A stretch of 64,000 bases of DNA from Mustelus asterias. Its lineage: Eukaryota. Where the stretch lies: assembly GCF_964213995.1 (NCBI RefSeq), contig NC_135815.1, positions 48,670,001-48,734,000 on the forward strand. The letters are read 5' to 3'. A model generated the notes under the pieces. It searched no databases, was not told where the DNA came from, and saw only the letters and a list, made by a program, of their open reading frames with translations. A program made the translations under genes and the position numbers. Below are positions 25,095 through 39,325 of this stretch, piece by piece. Numbering within the stretch: position 1 is the stretch's first letter; each line of letters starts with the position of its first letter.

Positions 25095-27880
25095 ATGTGG
25101 CGGTGATGTAATATCACATGATGATTAAGTAACAGATCTGGAGGGAGAAGTTTCAACTTTGTGCAGCGTTCCCAATATGTAAATAGAGTAATGGTTTTAA
25201 CAACTATAGTCTCGAGCAGCTTACTTTGAAAGAACAGACCAACCCCAAGGAACCTGATCTGCTACAGACCAAGCAAGTCAGCAATCTTGGAAAGAGGGAA
25301 CAGATTCAAGACTCACCAGAAAGTTGGAGCATCCCGGGTGCAGAAGATGCAAGCTGAGACACACAAACCTGGAGTCCGGACAGCAGTGAGCACAGACCCA
25401 AAGCAATGAGCAGCACCAGTGAAACAGAAACAATTCCAAAGCTCAGGCGAAGCATGGAAACCACACTATATTCGCAGAACCGTTTTGGAATACTGAAGGC
25501 TCATGATGGCCAAGAACTGAGACAACTGGAAGCCCACGAAATATAGAACTGCTTCTGGCTTACAAAAGAAAGAAATCAAAACACAGATCAGTATACTATG
25601 CAGTTCGGATCTATTGCTGACAGCAAGGCAGAGAGTTGATGAGACTTCAATTTCTTACGAAGAAGTGCTCAAAGGGCCAAAAGGCCTCCTCCTGCACCTA
25701 TCTTTTATGTTTCTTCTAATTCCTGCAAGCATTTGATGCATATTTCAGCGTCCACAGAAGCTTGCATTAAAAGGGCCAAATTTAACAAGAGAAGGCAAAG
25801 ACCAGGCAATAGCACAGATTTGTCATTAAAGATCTATACAGGTTGACAGAGAATTGCAATTATTATCTTGAGGGATGAATTGATTTGTGACAGAATTGTC
25901 TAGAAGTCTTCGAAGAATTATCCGACCTCCTACAGACAAGAGGATTTAACACTGATGAAAGTAGTGCAGATTGCGAGACAAATGGAACTCCGAAAACAGT
26001 ATTTGTGATGAACATGAGATCCTGCGGAGTAGAACGAGTGAGACCATTCAATTTGTTGGCCAGAAGAGTGCACAAAAGCCTAAACCCACCAAAACAGGGA
26101 AAGCACTCAAATTGCCATCCAGAAATGTCTCCAATGTGGTGGGAACAAGCAAGAAAAATGTCTCGCAAAAGGAGTAGAGTGTCACAACTGGAAGGAAAAG
26201 CCTTTCAAAACTGTCACCCAAAAATGCTGACAACATTTAAAGAGGGAAAAAATACTAAAGCAGAGTCAAATACAGCAAGTGGAAGTATCAAGGGAGAAGG
26301 AACCAACTATCCAAGGGGGGGTAAATGAAACTGGAAATAAATACTGGAGTCTGAAACTCAAAAATGGATGAGCATCCCATAGAGTTCAAATTAAACACAG
26401 GAGCAATCCAGACAAAGTAAAATAGCTCAAGCAGATTATACTGCACCTCCGTCTATCAAATTACAGGGTTCTGGTGAAACGACATTGAAAGTTAAAGGCC
26501 AACTCATGATAAAGTTGAAGTATAAAAATAGAGAAATCTTCGAACCTCACTGTCATTCAAAATCAAGAATGCTCTCTAATAAACAGAAAGGTATGCTTAA
26601 AATTGAAACTAATCTATAAAGTTGATGAGCATCGCAGAAGTCCATTCTGAAATGAATTTCCAAAATTATTTACAGGCATCGGAAAACTAAAGACCAAATA
26701 CCCTATCACCCTGAGGGCTGATGCTAAATCAATTTGCCTCTTGGCACAGAGGAAAGCGCACATGCATGGGTCAAAGTCAAGGATGAAATCAACAGCAAAG
26801 GGTTATCTCATTGATCACCATGCAACAAAATGGTATACAAGAATGGTCATGGTCCAAAAGCCAGATGGCTCTATTCGAATCTGTGTGAATTTAACGCAAC
26901 TAAACAAATCAGTGGAATGTGAGATCCACCCAATGGCTTCAGTGGATGAGAATCTCACCAAACTTGACAAGAATACTCTTGTATACCAAATTTGATGCAA
27001 ACAGTGGATTTTGGCAGCTGCCTTTTGACAAAGAATCCAGACTGTTGGCCACATTTGTATCACAATTGTCGTTATTCTTTTAATAGATTACCATTTAAAA
27101 TTACATTCACTCCTAAAATTTTCCACAGAGCAATGTCTCAGATCCTACAAGGCATGATAATATGCCATATGGACGACATACCCTTGTACATGGCTCCATG
27201 AGAGAAGAGCATGACCACAGAGGTACAGCAGTCCTAAGAGGACGCAGGGCTAATACTGAACGAACAACGTGAGCTAAACCTATGATTAAAATTTTAGGTC
27301 ACATAGTATAACTACTGGAATTACAGTTCCACAAAGAACAAAAGTAAACAGAGCTTCCACACCCAAGAACATTACTGAGCTTCAATGATTCCTCAGGATT
27401 GTCAATTAAGTAGGCAAGTTCCTACCAAATTTTGCAGAGGTCAGTGAGTATTTTGAGACCACTGTTGAGAGGGGGTCAGTAGTGGTCTGGAATGTGGACT
27501 AGCAAAATGCTTTTGAAAATATTGAACAACTTTTAATCTCCTCTGAAATGTTGGCACATGACGACCCAGAACTACAGGCCATAGTAGCAGAAATATTGTC
27601 AACAGGTCTGCAGCAGTATTATTTCAAGTGCAGAGTGATGGCAAACCTAGACCATTTTACTGTGCCTCGAGGTCATTATCAGAAGCAGAACAAAGATGCA
27701 CCACAATCAAAAGAGAAGTATTGGCAGCAACACGGGCATGTGAAAAATTCTGAGTATGAAATGGAATTGCAGTTCAAAATAAAAGCCACTAGTCACTTTT
27801 CTGAACATAAAAGAAATTGCAAAGATTTTACCCAGAATCCAGTGTTTCAAATTAAGGCTAAAGAGATATGTCCAAAAGGC
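25095..27880 (+). mobile_element. Decayed Gypsy LTR retrotransposon (gag-PR-RT-RNaseH remnants) in CHAC2 intron 1
   Basis: gag KYRTASGLQKKE and KFNKRRQRPG. Protease FKLNTGA near 26385. RT MVMVQKPDGSIRICVNLTQLNK, DANSGFWQ, FNRLPF and CHMDDI. Connection region LAHDDPEL. Many stops and frameshifts. Confidence 0.88.
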
Positions 27881-29367
27881 AATAAGTTTTCACCATTTAA
27901 TATTTTGTGTTTTTAAGAGGTCTCTGTGTCTCTAGGTTAAACAGTTGGGTTTATCTAAATAATCCTTGTCACTTATTCCTTTTCACCATATATCTTTTCC
28001 CCTTTGTTATCCCTCAAGTATTCGTACATGTTCCCTAAGTATGATCTGACCTCTGCATTGTAAAGTGTCAACATATTCTCCAGTATCTTCTACCAGAATG
28101 TTCTGACTATATATCCAGAACCTTCTTTTAATTGGTGCTTACAGTATTTATACACCAAAAGTCATTAGTATATCATCACTCTTGGACTTGATCCAGTTGT
28201 CATGATCCATGTGGCTACCAACAACATCAGTTGAGGGAGTATGAACAGTTAAGTGCTAAATTAAAGAGCAGAAGCACAAAGGTAATATTTGGATTGCTAC
28301 CTGAGGAACGAGAAAATTAGCCAATGGGATCAAATAGTTGAATGCATGGCTCAAAAATTGATGTGGGAGAATTGGGTTTTAATTCATAGGGCACTGGCAC
28401 CAGTAGTGAGGGAAGAGTGAACTGTCCCATTGGCATGAGTTTCTCTCGAATTTGATTTGCCAGGTCTAGTATCCAGGCAAATCAAATAATTACGGCTATG
28501 GAGAAGACTTTAAACTAAATGGTCTGGGTAGGTTTAGAAAATTTATAAGTAAAGACAAGGCAATAGTGCAGAGTATTGATACAGATAATAACCAGGCTGT
28601 GACAGGAAAGGACAAAGTATACAAACATAAGAGTGCACTAGCGAGCAGGGAAAAATGGTAAAATGAGAGAATTTAAGGCTCTTTAACTGAATACACAAAG
28701 CGGTCATGACAAGATAGATGAATTGATGGTAAAAATACAAAATAAGTAGGTTTGATATAGCAATTGCAGAGAAGTGGTTGCAAGGTGATCAAGGCTGAGA
28801 ACTGACCATTCAAGAGTATTTGACATTTCAAGGAAAAGGAGTTAGAGTAATCTTATAGGATGAGATCAGTGCAGTAATGAGAAATTATTTCTACCACCTA
28901 GAAGGACATGAGACAACAGATGCATGAGAACAACACCACCTGCAAGTTCCCCTCCAAGCCACTCCTCATTCTGACTGGGACGATATTGCCATTCTTTCAT
29001 TGTTGCTGAGTCAAAATCCTGGAGCTGCCTTCCTAACAGTGTTATTGTTGTACTTGCACTACATGGACTGCAGCGGTCCAAGAAGATAGCTCGCCACCAC
29101 CTTCGCAAGGGCAAGTAGGACTGGCCCAGCCTGATGGCCTATGTCCTAAAAATACTTTTTTTTAAAAAGTGGTTATACATTGGTTATAATGTTCGACTAC
29201 TCTTTAGCTTCTGCAAAGGTCCCAGTAGATTGAAAAACCACAAATGTAATGCCTCTGTTCAAGAAAGGAAAGAGACAGGAAGCTTCAATTAGACCAACAT
29301 CTATCATTGGCAAAATACTAGAATCCAAGATTATGGAAGTAGTAATCGGGCGTTTAGAAATTCATCA

Positions 29368-29785
29368 GTCTCAAGTCCAACAGGTTTATTTGGTAACATG
29401 AGCTTTTGGAGCATTGCCCTTTCATCAGGTGAGCGCTCCAAACAACCCGGGATCTTGGATGCATGTCACACTATCTGTAACCCCTACGACTTGCCTGGGC
29501 TTGCAAAATCTCACTAACTATCCTGGCTGGAGACAATACACATCTCTTTAACCTGTGCTTAACCCTCTCTCTACTCACATTGTCTGTACCTTTAAGACTT
29601 GATTACCTGTAAAGACTTGCATTCCAACCATTATTTTGTAAATTGAGTTTGTGTCTTTATATGCCCTGTTTGTGAACAGAACTCCCACTCATCTGATGAA
29701 GGAGCAGCGCTCTGAAAGCTTGTGGCTTGTGCTACCAAATAAACCTGTTGGACTTTAACCTGGTGTTGTGAGACTTCTTACTGTG
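29368..29785 (+). mobile_element. Penelope pLTR with a short inverted arm, inserted in a CR1 remnant
   Basis: A minus-oriented arm at about 29370-29433 is followed by a plus-oriented pLTR ending gacttcttactgtg. Confidence 0.8.
29690..29724 (+). ncRNA. Minimal hammerhead ribozyme motif
   Basis: CAU-CUGAUGA-A-GGAGC(AGC)GCUCU-GAAA-GCUU-GUG. Confidence 0.65.
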
Positions 29786-30696
29786 GATAAAGGGAAGCAA
29801 GTAGAACTATTCTATTTGGATTTCCAAATGGCATTCAATAAGGTGCCACCTAAAAGGTTACTACACAAGCTACGAGCTACGTGTTGGGAGTAATATATTA
29901 GCGTGGATAGTAAATTAGAGTCATAGAAGTTTACAGCATGGAAACAGGTCCTTCGTCCTAACTTGTCCATGCCGCCTCTTTTTTTAAACCACTAAGCTAG
30001 TCCTAATTGCCCATGTTTGGCCCATAGCCTCTATACCAATCTTACTCAATGGGTAAGATTGGTACAGAGGGATATGTCTAACAACAAAAAATAAAGTCAG
30101 GATAAATGAGTCATTTTCAGGTTGGCAAAGTTTGATTAGTGTTGTATCATAGGGATCAATATTGGGGCCTCAAGTATTTACCATCTATATTAATGAATTG
30201 GTTGAGAGACTGCATGTATTGTTGCCAAGTTTGCTGACAGGATAAAGATAAGTAGGAAAGCAAGTTGTGAGGAGTGCACAAAAGGGCTAGATTTTCAAAG
30301 AGCTCCAAGGTAGGGAGCCTGTTGTGGGGGCAATTTCATAATTGCAGTCCTCACAATCACCTTGGGATCCCGATGCCCTTGGTCAATTTGTAATATTGAA
30401 AGACCGGCAGGGGAGCAACAGGGCATCTGCTTGCCTTCAGTTAGGGAACCTTCAGATTCCTTAAGGAGCTTGTCATGGGGCCTGTTTGGTGCAAAATTGA
30501 ATTCTTGAACTTTATTTCAGTGAACCCGAACTGCTGTCACGGTCACTGTGGGGCTAAGTAAAGTTTATTTGTCCATCTGTTTTGACATTTTAGTTAACAC
30601 TGTGTCAATGCAAGTGCAGAACCTTCATTTTTCCGATAAGGCCCCTTTCTTCCTCATTGATACTGCGCTCCATGCCTGCTCTATCCATCTTTTTAG

Positions 30697-31020
30697 ATTC
30701 CCTGCAGTGCAGAAGGAGGCCATTCGGCCCATCGAGTCTGCACCAGCTCTCTGACAGAGTATTTTATCCAGGCCCCCTCCCCAACCCTGGCCCTGAAACC
30801 CCACACACTTATCATTGCTAATCTGTCTAAGGGGCATGATCAATCCACCTAACCTGCAAGCTTTTTGGAATTGTGGGAGCAAACCAGAGCACCTGGAAGA
30901 AACCCACGCAGGCACAGGGAGAACATGCAAACTCCACACAGTCACCAAAGGCCAGAGTCGACCACGGGATCTTGGCGCTGTGAGGCAGCAGTGCTGACTA
31001 CTATGCCACCTTGCTGCCCT
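30697..31020 (-). mobile_element. HE1/V-SINE family SINE
   Basis: V-domain and tail tgcagaaggaggccattcggcccatcgagtctgcacc. Confidence 0.85.
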
Positions 31021-31037
31021 TGGCCAAAGAGGCCCCC

Positions 31038-31982
31038 TTCAATATCTAGCCAATCAAGCCCCTTAGAATCTTATGTTTCAATATGGTAACCTCTTATTCT
31101 TCTAAATTCCATGCGTTTACGCCCAACCTTTTCTCATAAGACATTTTCTGCATCCCAGGAATCAACCTAGTGTACCTTCTCTGGACAGCATCCAATATAT
31201 GTATATCCCTCCTTACATAAGGAGACTAAAACTGTAAACAGTCCTCTAGATATTGAAGGTTGCCATCTGCCTTTGCTGCTGGTGCTCTGCAAGCAGCTCC
31301 CATCTTCTGGAGGTGCTTGGTTCCATAACTTGGGTGCTAATCTCAAGTCTTGAACAATTAGGGCATTTACATTTAAAAACAGCATCATGCTGGGCGTCAG
31401 GTCTTCCGCCCCCCCCCCCCCCCCCCCCCCCCCCCACCAATTTGTAAATCCAACCCAAAAAGTCTGCAATGGGTATAAATGAGTGGGCTAAAATATGGCA
31501 AATGGAGAATAATGTGTGAAGAAATGTGAGGCTGTCCACTTTGGTATGAAGAACAGAAAAAAAGAGTATAAGTTAAATGGAGAGAGACTGCAGAATGCTG
31601 CAGTACAGAGAGATCTGGGTGTCTTAGTGCATGAATCCCAAAAAGTTGTTATGCCGGTGCAACAAGTCATTCAGAAAGTAAATGGGATGTCGGCCTTTAT
31701 TGCAAGGAGGACGCAACATAAAAGTAGGGAAGCCTTGCTACCATTGCATAGGGCATTGATGAGAAAGCACCTAGAGGACTGTTTACAGTTTAGTCTCCTT
31801 ATGTAAGGAGGGATATACATATATTGGACGCTGTCCAGCGAAGGTACACTAGGTTGATTCCTGGGATGAAGAAAATGTCTTATGAGAAAAGGTTGGGCGT
31901 AAACGCATGGAATTTAGAAGAATAAGAGGTTACCATATTGAAACATAAGATTCTAAGGGGCTTGGTTGGCTAGATATTGAAA
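31038..31982. repeat. Inverted repeat with arms of about 210 bp (31038-31249 / 31771-31982)
   Basis: Near-identical reverse complements of the same decayed CR1 segment. Confidence 0.92.
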
Positions 31983-32190
31983 GAATGTTTCCTCTTGCAG
32001 GGGAATCTAGAGCAAGGGAGGCACCTTTTCAGAATGAGTTCTCCCCTTCAACATAGAGATGAGCAGAATTTCTTCTCAAATCATTAATCTTTGGAATTCT
32101 CTACTGCTGATCATCGTGATCATGTTGAATGGCACAGAAGACTTGAGGGGCTGAATGGCTTTTTCCTCTTATTTCTTGGTTCTTAAATTC
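31462..32190 (+). mobile_element. Decayed CR1 3' region
   Basis: KKCEAVHFG...QRDLGVLVHES...HLEDCLQFS. ttcttggttctt tail. Confidence 0.85.
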
Positions 32191-33019
32191 TTAAGTAATA
32201 GTTAGCAGTGTTAAGTTGAATTTTGCCATTTGTCTTTGCAGTTAAATTGCAGAATTTAGATTAGCAATGTATCAGCATCTTCTATCTTTCCCTATGTTAG
32301 TGCTGTTACTTAAGTTTGAGCAGCTTGTATTTCACTTCAATATTCAGGACATGAATGAAGATGAGAAAAGTATATATCCCAAGCACTGAACCCTGCATGA
32401 AGCCTTTCAAAACTTCCCAACTTGGAATTGTGCATCCCAAGTATTTTAAACCAATTGTTTATTGAAGTTCCATGTTATACCTTGGGCTTTTTTATTCAGT
32501 TTTTAACTCGATTAGGAATGTTTGATGAGGGAACACATTATGGAAGTGCACTATCATTTTCTTTGTGACGTTTTCAAATAACTCCAGGTTTAACAATCAT
32601 GCTTGTTTATTAAAGACATACAATATGTCTTTGTATAGACATATACAACACTCAAGACTTTTAGTTTTTATTATTTGTCCTGTATCGGGTATACTGGTTC
32701 AGACTTGCACTGCAACAAAGCAGGGCAAATCAGGTCAAACACTGTCCAATTGCCAACTCCCCATCATTTCTGTAAAGACCACCCACCAATAACTTGCTTG
32801 CTGATGCAGTTTAGGTTCTACCAGAAGGACTGCTCCATACCACAGTTCAGTCTTGATCCAAACTCTGACACGACTTGAATTCCTGAGTGGAGAATTACTG
32901 CTTGTGTTGGTAATTCTTCACTCAAAATGAGAATTGTACTTGGTTTTTCAGTTCTTTTTCTAGTGCAAAGACAGACCTTTTGTTGTACATTTTCTCTGGG
33001 GATTTTTTTGTTGTTCTTT

Positions 33020-33650
33020 CAGAATGTGGGCATTGCTGCCAAGGCTAACATTTGTTGTCCTTGAAGGTGATGGTGAACTTGAACTGCTGCAGTCCATCTA
33101 GTGCAGGTACACCCATGTGCTATGAGGAAGGGATTTTGATCCAGCAAGAGTGAAAGAACAGTGATACAGTTCCAAGTCAGGATGATGTGTGGTCTGGAGG
33201 GGAACTTGCAGGTGGTGGTGTTCCCATGTGTCTTGCACTTATAACTCTAGGTGGTAGAGGTTGTGGGTTTGGATGGTGCTGTCAAATGAGGCTTGGTCAG
33301 TCACTGCAGTGCATCCTGTAGATGGTACGCACTGCTACTACTGTGTATTGGTGGTGGAGGGAGTGAATGTTTGAGCTTGTGGATGAGGTGCCAGTCAAGT
33401 GGCCTGCTTTGTCCTGACTTAAATTGAGCTTCTTGAGTGTTGTGGGAGCTGCTCTCATCCAGGCATGTGGTGATTATTCTATCACTCTCTGGCTTGTGCC
33501 TTGTAGGTGATGGACAGACTTTGTGGAGACAGAAGGTGAGTTACCTGTTGCAGAATTCCCTACCTTTGACCTGCTCTGCTGCCACAGTATTTTAATGGAT
33601 GGCTCAATTTCTGCTCAATGTTAACCCCAGGATGTTGACAGGAGTGGTTC
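33020..33650 (-). mobile_element. LINE 3' end (same family as 28880-29150 on +); clade not assigned
   Basis: Reverse complement of the acaccacctgcaagttcccctcca...cctgact motif also seen near 28935. Confidence 0.6.
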
Positions 33651-34655
33651 AAAGATGTAATAAACTAAGAAACATTTTCTGTATGTGACAAAAACAACTT
33701 GGTGTTTATTGATTATTGAAAGCAGCATGTTTATCACAGGTATTGTATTGTGAATATATCTACCGTATATAATCCAGAAATATCAGATTAAGGCAATCAA
33801 ATATTTGCAGGCCTTGGAATGTGATTGACACTGGCACTGGAGTATTTATTGCTCATCCCCTAGCTGCCTGTGGGAATGTGGAACTGGATTCCCATTTGGG
33901 CTGAATCAGATGGGAGTAGTAAATTGAGTGAACCAATTGGGTTTTTGCTTACAAAAGTTCATATAGCCTATAAATTACCAGAATTATTTGAATTCAGTTT
34001 CATAACCTGTCATGGTGAAATTCGAACGAGCCACCTATGACTTGCTAGTCCCAGACCTTAGACAATATATTATTTCACTATATAATCAGTGTTTCCTCTT
34101 CAAATTGAGGTTATGTTAATTAATAAAATTAAAATTTGCATCAGCACCCCCCCCCCAGATTTATTTCCATTGAAGTAAAATGCTAAAATTATTGTACAAA
34201 TAGAATAAACTTAGAGAACATTTTAGAATACATCTAATTAGATGTTCATAATAGCACATGGGTTAAGATTCAGTACATTCAAATGTGCAATGCTAAGTAT
34301 AATTTAAAATATAGAATGCAGTGACTGACTTTGCCTGTGAATAGTGAGATAATCTTATTACTATTATTCTCTGAGAGTGGACAAATAAGCAATCTGCAGA
34401 ATGATTTCTGAAAGGACAAGTTACAATGTGTTCTGTAATTAATAAAATTCTGGTCTAAGTCATGCGTTTGTTACTGGAACCATAGTATTTGGAGCCCAAG
34501 TATATGTCAGTTTCGTTGAAATGCAAGGAAATATTTTTTTATTTTGACGTCTTTTAAAATTAGACCAATGTTGGCTTGTCCTTAATCAGAGTATAATTAA
34601 ATTGTGTGATTATACACGTCTTAAGACTTTATGTATTTCTATTCCATCCCTGTAG

Positions 34656-34691
34656 CCTGGAAGAGTTGTCACACTTGTTGAAGACCCTGAG
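34656..34691 (+). CDS. CHAC2: CHAC2 exon 2 (36-nt microexon)
   Basis: PGRVVTLVEDPE between a tgtag| acceptor and a GAG|GTAAAA donor. Phase 0-0. Confidence 0.95.
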
Positions 34692-37600
34692 GTAAAAGAA
34701 TAATGTATAATTGTAAATCAGTCCTTCGGTTTAAGATTTTTTTATGCGTTCATTAAAAGTATTTGAAATATTTAAGCCTCTGTGTAGGGGCAACAGCAAG
34801 CCATTGTATATTTATTAGCTGATTAAACGTGCAAAATAGCAGAATTCTTCAAAATTATAGAATTGCATATTGGTCAAATCTAAACTCTCAAATAACACAA
34901 ACTTTGCAGCAAAATATAGTACCTCTATTTATCAGCGTCCAAACTTGGAAGGCAGAGGAAACTACGTCAAACTTCAGCATGCGTGTTTATTGCATAGGAT
35001 TTAAATCTAATGCTGGCTGATTAGCAGAAAGTCTCATGAAAACGTCTTTAATTTGACCCATGTCCTTGCAGCTCATTTAGCTACTACAGCGGTACCCACC
35101 CCTTCCCACACTAAGATGCTTCAAGCTAGGCATTAAGTGATGCTCCCTTCCCAAAGCCTCTACCACATGATATGTGAGGAGATCAAAACTGGACACTTCT
35201 TTTATGGTTTGGCCACTGTTAGAATAAATGTACAAGGACAAAATACAGTACTTTGTTTTTTAATTTTATTATAAATTGTAGTGGGAAGTTTTGTTTCGGT
35301 GGCCGGATTACTTTAGAAAGTTCTAAAAAACAACTTTGATAAGTAAACTCTTGCAAAGGTAAACAAAACTCAGTCTTTAAAGCGTAATAAAATTTTATAT
35401 TTAAAACTAGCTTTATTAAAACATACAATAGACAGACAAACAAAAACTTTGGCTGAAGGGGGGATGCAAGGTAGGCTCAATGACACAACAACTGCTCTGA
35501 GCTTTCTCCGCAGATATCCACTTTTGTGCCAAAAACTTGAGCAATTATACAATTCAGTTATCTTAGGTTAAACCCAGCAATTAACTTAATATGATGTCAT
35601 TTAATATTCAACTTGTCAATCTATTCGTGACATTCTTAAATCAAATTACAATCTGACACCTTAAAATAATAGTTTGCCATTTGTTCATTCAACTATTGTA
35701 AGCATGCTACTCAATCAAAATGGCTTCCTGGTTGCTTAGTAATACAAAACTATAATTTTAACTTATTCAGCATTTTGTGGGGTAGTCAAAACTCTTTTTT
35801 TCTACTGGATGAGGGCCCAGTCATCTGGCAGAATTCCCAGGATGAACTCCCTGTTCTAGAATACAAAATTATATAATTTGTTCTTCTAAACAATGTATGA
35901 TTTCATAACTTGTACCATGATTAATTTACATTGTAGTCAAGTTTTCATATTTTAGTTAATTCACTGACACAATTAGTCCTTGAGTTTTACAATCGAATAC
36001 TGGCAAGCTTATTAGCTTTACATTTACGATTTAAATGCCTAATTTTTTTCTAAAACCTTGTGTTAAAATATTAGCTGCTTGATATCCTTATGTTGGGTAT
36101 TATATGATTAAATATTCCCTTCTTCATAAATGCACCTCACTCTGGCTATCACTGCATGGCATGTATGTGAGTCTTTACAGATCTATGCACTGGAATACCC
36201 AGATCTCTCTTTCTCTGCCTAATTTAGTGCTCTTCTCTAAAGCGTGTACATATTTTTATTATTCATCCTGCTCACATGCATAACACTGCACTTTTCCCAG
36301 TTAAACATCACGTGCCAATCAAATCAGGATTGACCTGAAGCTATCAAGTGCCACCTACAATCATGACATTTACACAGCTCTTCATATCTAGCGGATCCTA
36401 CCCCGACCTAGATCATAGTCACACAGTACAGAAGAGGCCCTTCAGCCCATCAAGTCTGCACCAACAAAAACAACACTAAATCTACACTAATCCCACTTTC
36501 CAGCACTTGGCCCATGGCCTTGAATGTTATTACATTTCAAGTTAATAAAAATACTAAAGAGCAAAGTTTCCAACATCAAGCTTTGCAGGACATCACTGGT
36601 AACCGATCTCCAAATAAATCCAAATCCATGTATACCCACTTTTTCTACTGTGTTCCAGTTAGTTCTCGATGCAAGTTAACATATTAGTTGCCTGTCCTCC
36701 CATGAAATTCTCTCCATACAGCTCATTGTCTTTCTATTTCCCTTCTTTCCCGATAACCCTCCCAAAAAGTCACCGCTTTAACCGAACCTATGCCTACCCA
36801 ACCTGTCTCTCTCTCTCTCTTTTAGCTGTCATCCAATTTCCAACTCTGTGAAGATCCTCAGGTTATTTTCTCTGTTAAAATGCTTTATAATTGTAAATCA
36901 TAGATTTTGCAAAATTTGCTGTTTCACTGTATTTTGTGCCCACAGGGTGTTTAATGTCAGTCTTGACAGTCTGTCCTTTCATTTCACCCTAATCCGCAGA
37001 TTTGCTTTGATTCTGTCTTTCTCAGTAGGAATGTGGTGGTGATAAATGGCAACTATAGATCCTGCAAGGCAGATTAGTTTCAAATTGTGTGACTATTCTT
37101 TTGTAATGCTCACTATTTGCCATTTAAAGGCCTCTCTTCATTTTTAAAAATAGATCCCCAAAAAGCATCACATGAGAACATTGCTTTGCTCAATATGATC
37201 TGAACAATGCACCAAGTTACATCTATAACATACTATTGTTCAACAACAACAGCTGATATTTATATAGCACCATGATATAGTAAACCATCCCAAGGCAATT
37301 AAATGAAACATTATCAAGCAAAATTGGAGAGCCAATGTGACCAAAAGCTTGATCAAATGGATATATTTTAGGGCACATCTTAAGACAGAGGCTGAGGGAG
37401 GAAGTGCTAAAATTAGGGCCCAGGAAACTGAAGATATAGCTATTAATGGTTCAGCAATTTTGAAGTTTGTACCATGTAAAAGACGAGATGAGTTTACAGA
37501 TTTGCAAGGCTGGGGAAAGTTACAGTAATTGCAAGGAGCAAAGTTATGGAGTGATTTGAATATGAGAAAATTTGAAATCTCTTTGGACATCCACTGTTTC

Positions 37601-39325
37601 TAGTTGTTCATCATTTAAATAATGCTCACCTTTTTTAGTCTAAATTGGATTATCTTGCTCTAGTCTGCATTGAAATTCACCCATCACATTTTTGTCTGTT
37701 TACTTAATCCATCAATATCTCCTTGCAATGTTATGCTCCAATCTACATTACTTAGTATATTTGTCAATCTTTTGGCATCAACATGCTTGAATATATTAGT
37801 TGAGGTTCCAGCACAGATCATTGTGAAACTTCCTTCCCTTTTGAGTGCATGTCCTTTAGTACACTCCGTTCTCTCTCTCACAAATAATCTCGATTAGCCT
37901 TCAATTCCACAAGCTTGAAATTTAACTAACAGTCTCATAATTTGGAACCTTAACAAATGCCCCCCGAAGTTCTATATTAACTACATCAAGAGATGTTCCA
38001 TTGTCGAGTATTTTAGTTCCTTTCTCTAACAATTCAATTAAGTTTGTTAGACATGATCTACCTTTTACAAATCCATTTTAGCTGTTTAATCGACTTTTTT
38101 CCAAGTGCTCAGTCACTCTGACCTTAATTATTGATTCCAGTAATCACCCCAGATGTTAGACTAACAAGGCTATAATTTCTCACTTTTCTTTATCTCAACT
38201 TTCTTAAGTTTGCCATTTTTCAACCTCGCTGGCCATGGAGGACTTTAGAATGGGCTAGGCAACATCATTTATGGTGGAGACCAAAAAATGGTTATGGTCT
38301 TGCAATGTTTAATTGGATGAAATTGTGGCGCATCCAGTCCTGGCCGTTTGATAAATGAATTGACAGCATGTAGAGCAGGGATCAAGTGAGGCGGTGATGC
38401 AATATTGCTAGATGTTATTGACATACATGTAGAACCTGAATTCTCGCATGTAGATGTGGTGTAGAAGAGTGCCAAGGATAGATCCATGGGAGCTCCAGGA
38501 CTGGCATGCAGAGCTACAAACAGAAGTAGGAGCTTCTCTGGCTAATATTGGATAGTGTGATCAAATGCTGTTCATCAGGATGGCCAGAACTTCAATCTCA
38601 CCTTTGTGTTCTTGAAACCAATTCAACTGGAGGAGCTGAGATGGTTATATTATCCACCCATCCCGGTGCCCCATAACATCTTGAGTGGATATCCATGTCT
38701 TCACGATAAATAAAAGTGCAACTAAAAGAAGTCTCACTAAGCTGGATAATGGAGAAGAGGCATTGGAGCAGGGTGGCATGGGTGACTCCTATCAAAGGCT
38801 GTAGACAGGATGAGAAGGGATAGTGCACCATGATCCCAGTCAGAATGTGTAATTTGCAACTGATTAGAACTGTTGTAGTGCTTGACAGGGCTCGAAACCT
38901 ATAGTTCAAAAATGCAGTTTGAAGTAAAATGGGCACAGTCTTTGAGAGACAACAAGAACAAAACAAGGGATAGGATGTTGAAGATGGCTTCATCAGAGGA
39001 GTCGAGGATGAGTGTCTTGATGAGTGGCGATAACAATTTGAAAGCAATAACTCGGTATGACAGCCAAGATAGGAAAGTGGATGATTACAGTTCACTGAAA
39101 ATGCTGATAAAGGAGCAGATAATGGATCTCATGGACAAGATGAGCAAGGCAAAGATAATGGGGAAATAATGATATAGGTTCAAGCTAGGGTAGGAAGGCA
39201 AAGTCTGGTTGGGTTTAGCATGCTGGGCAAGAGGAAGGGGGTAACAAGAGGCAACAGATTTAATCAATTTAATGCATGAACTCCTTTACACTTGTTGAGG
39301 GTGGGGTGAGAAAGGGAGAAGTGTT

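Larger units (their letters stand above)
28150..30290 (+). mobile_element. Heavily decayed CR1 (ORF1 esterase and ORF2 pieces) with nested insertions
   Basis: PVVMIHVATNNI (SGNH esterase-like), YLDFQMAFNKVP, GSILGPQ and KFAD remnants. Confidence 0.7.
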
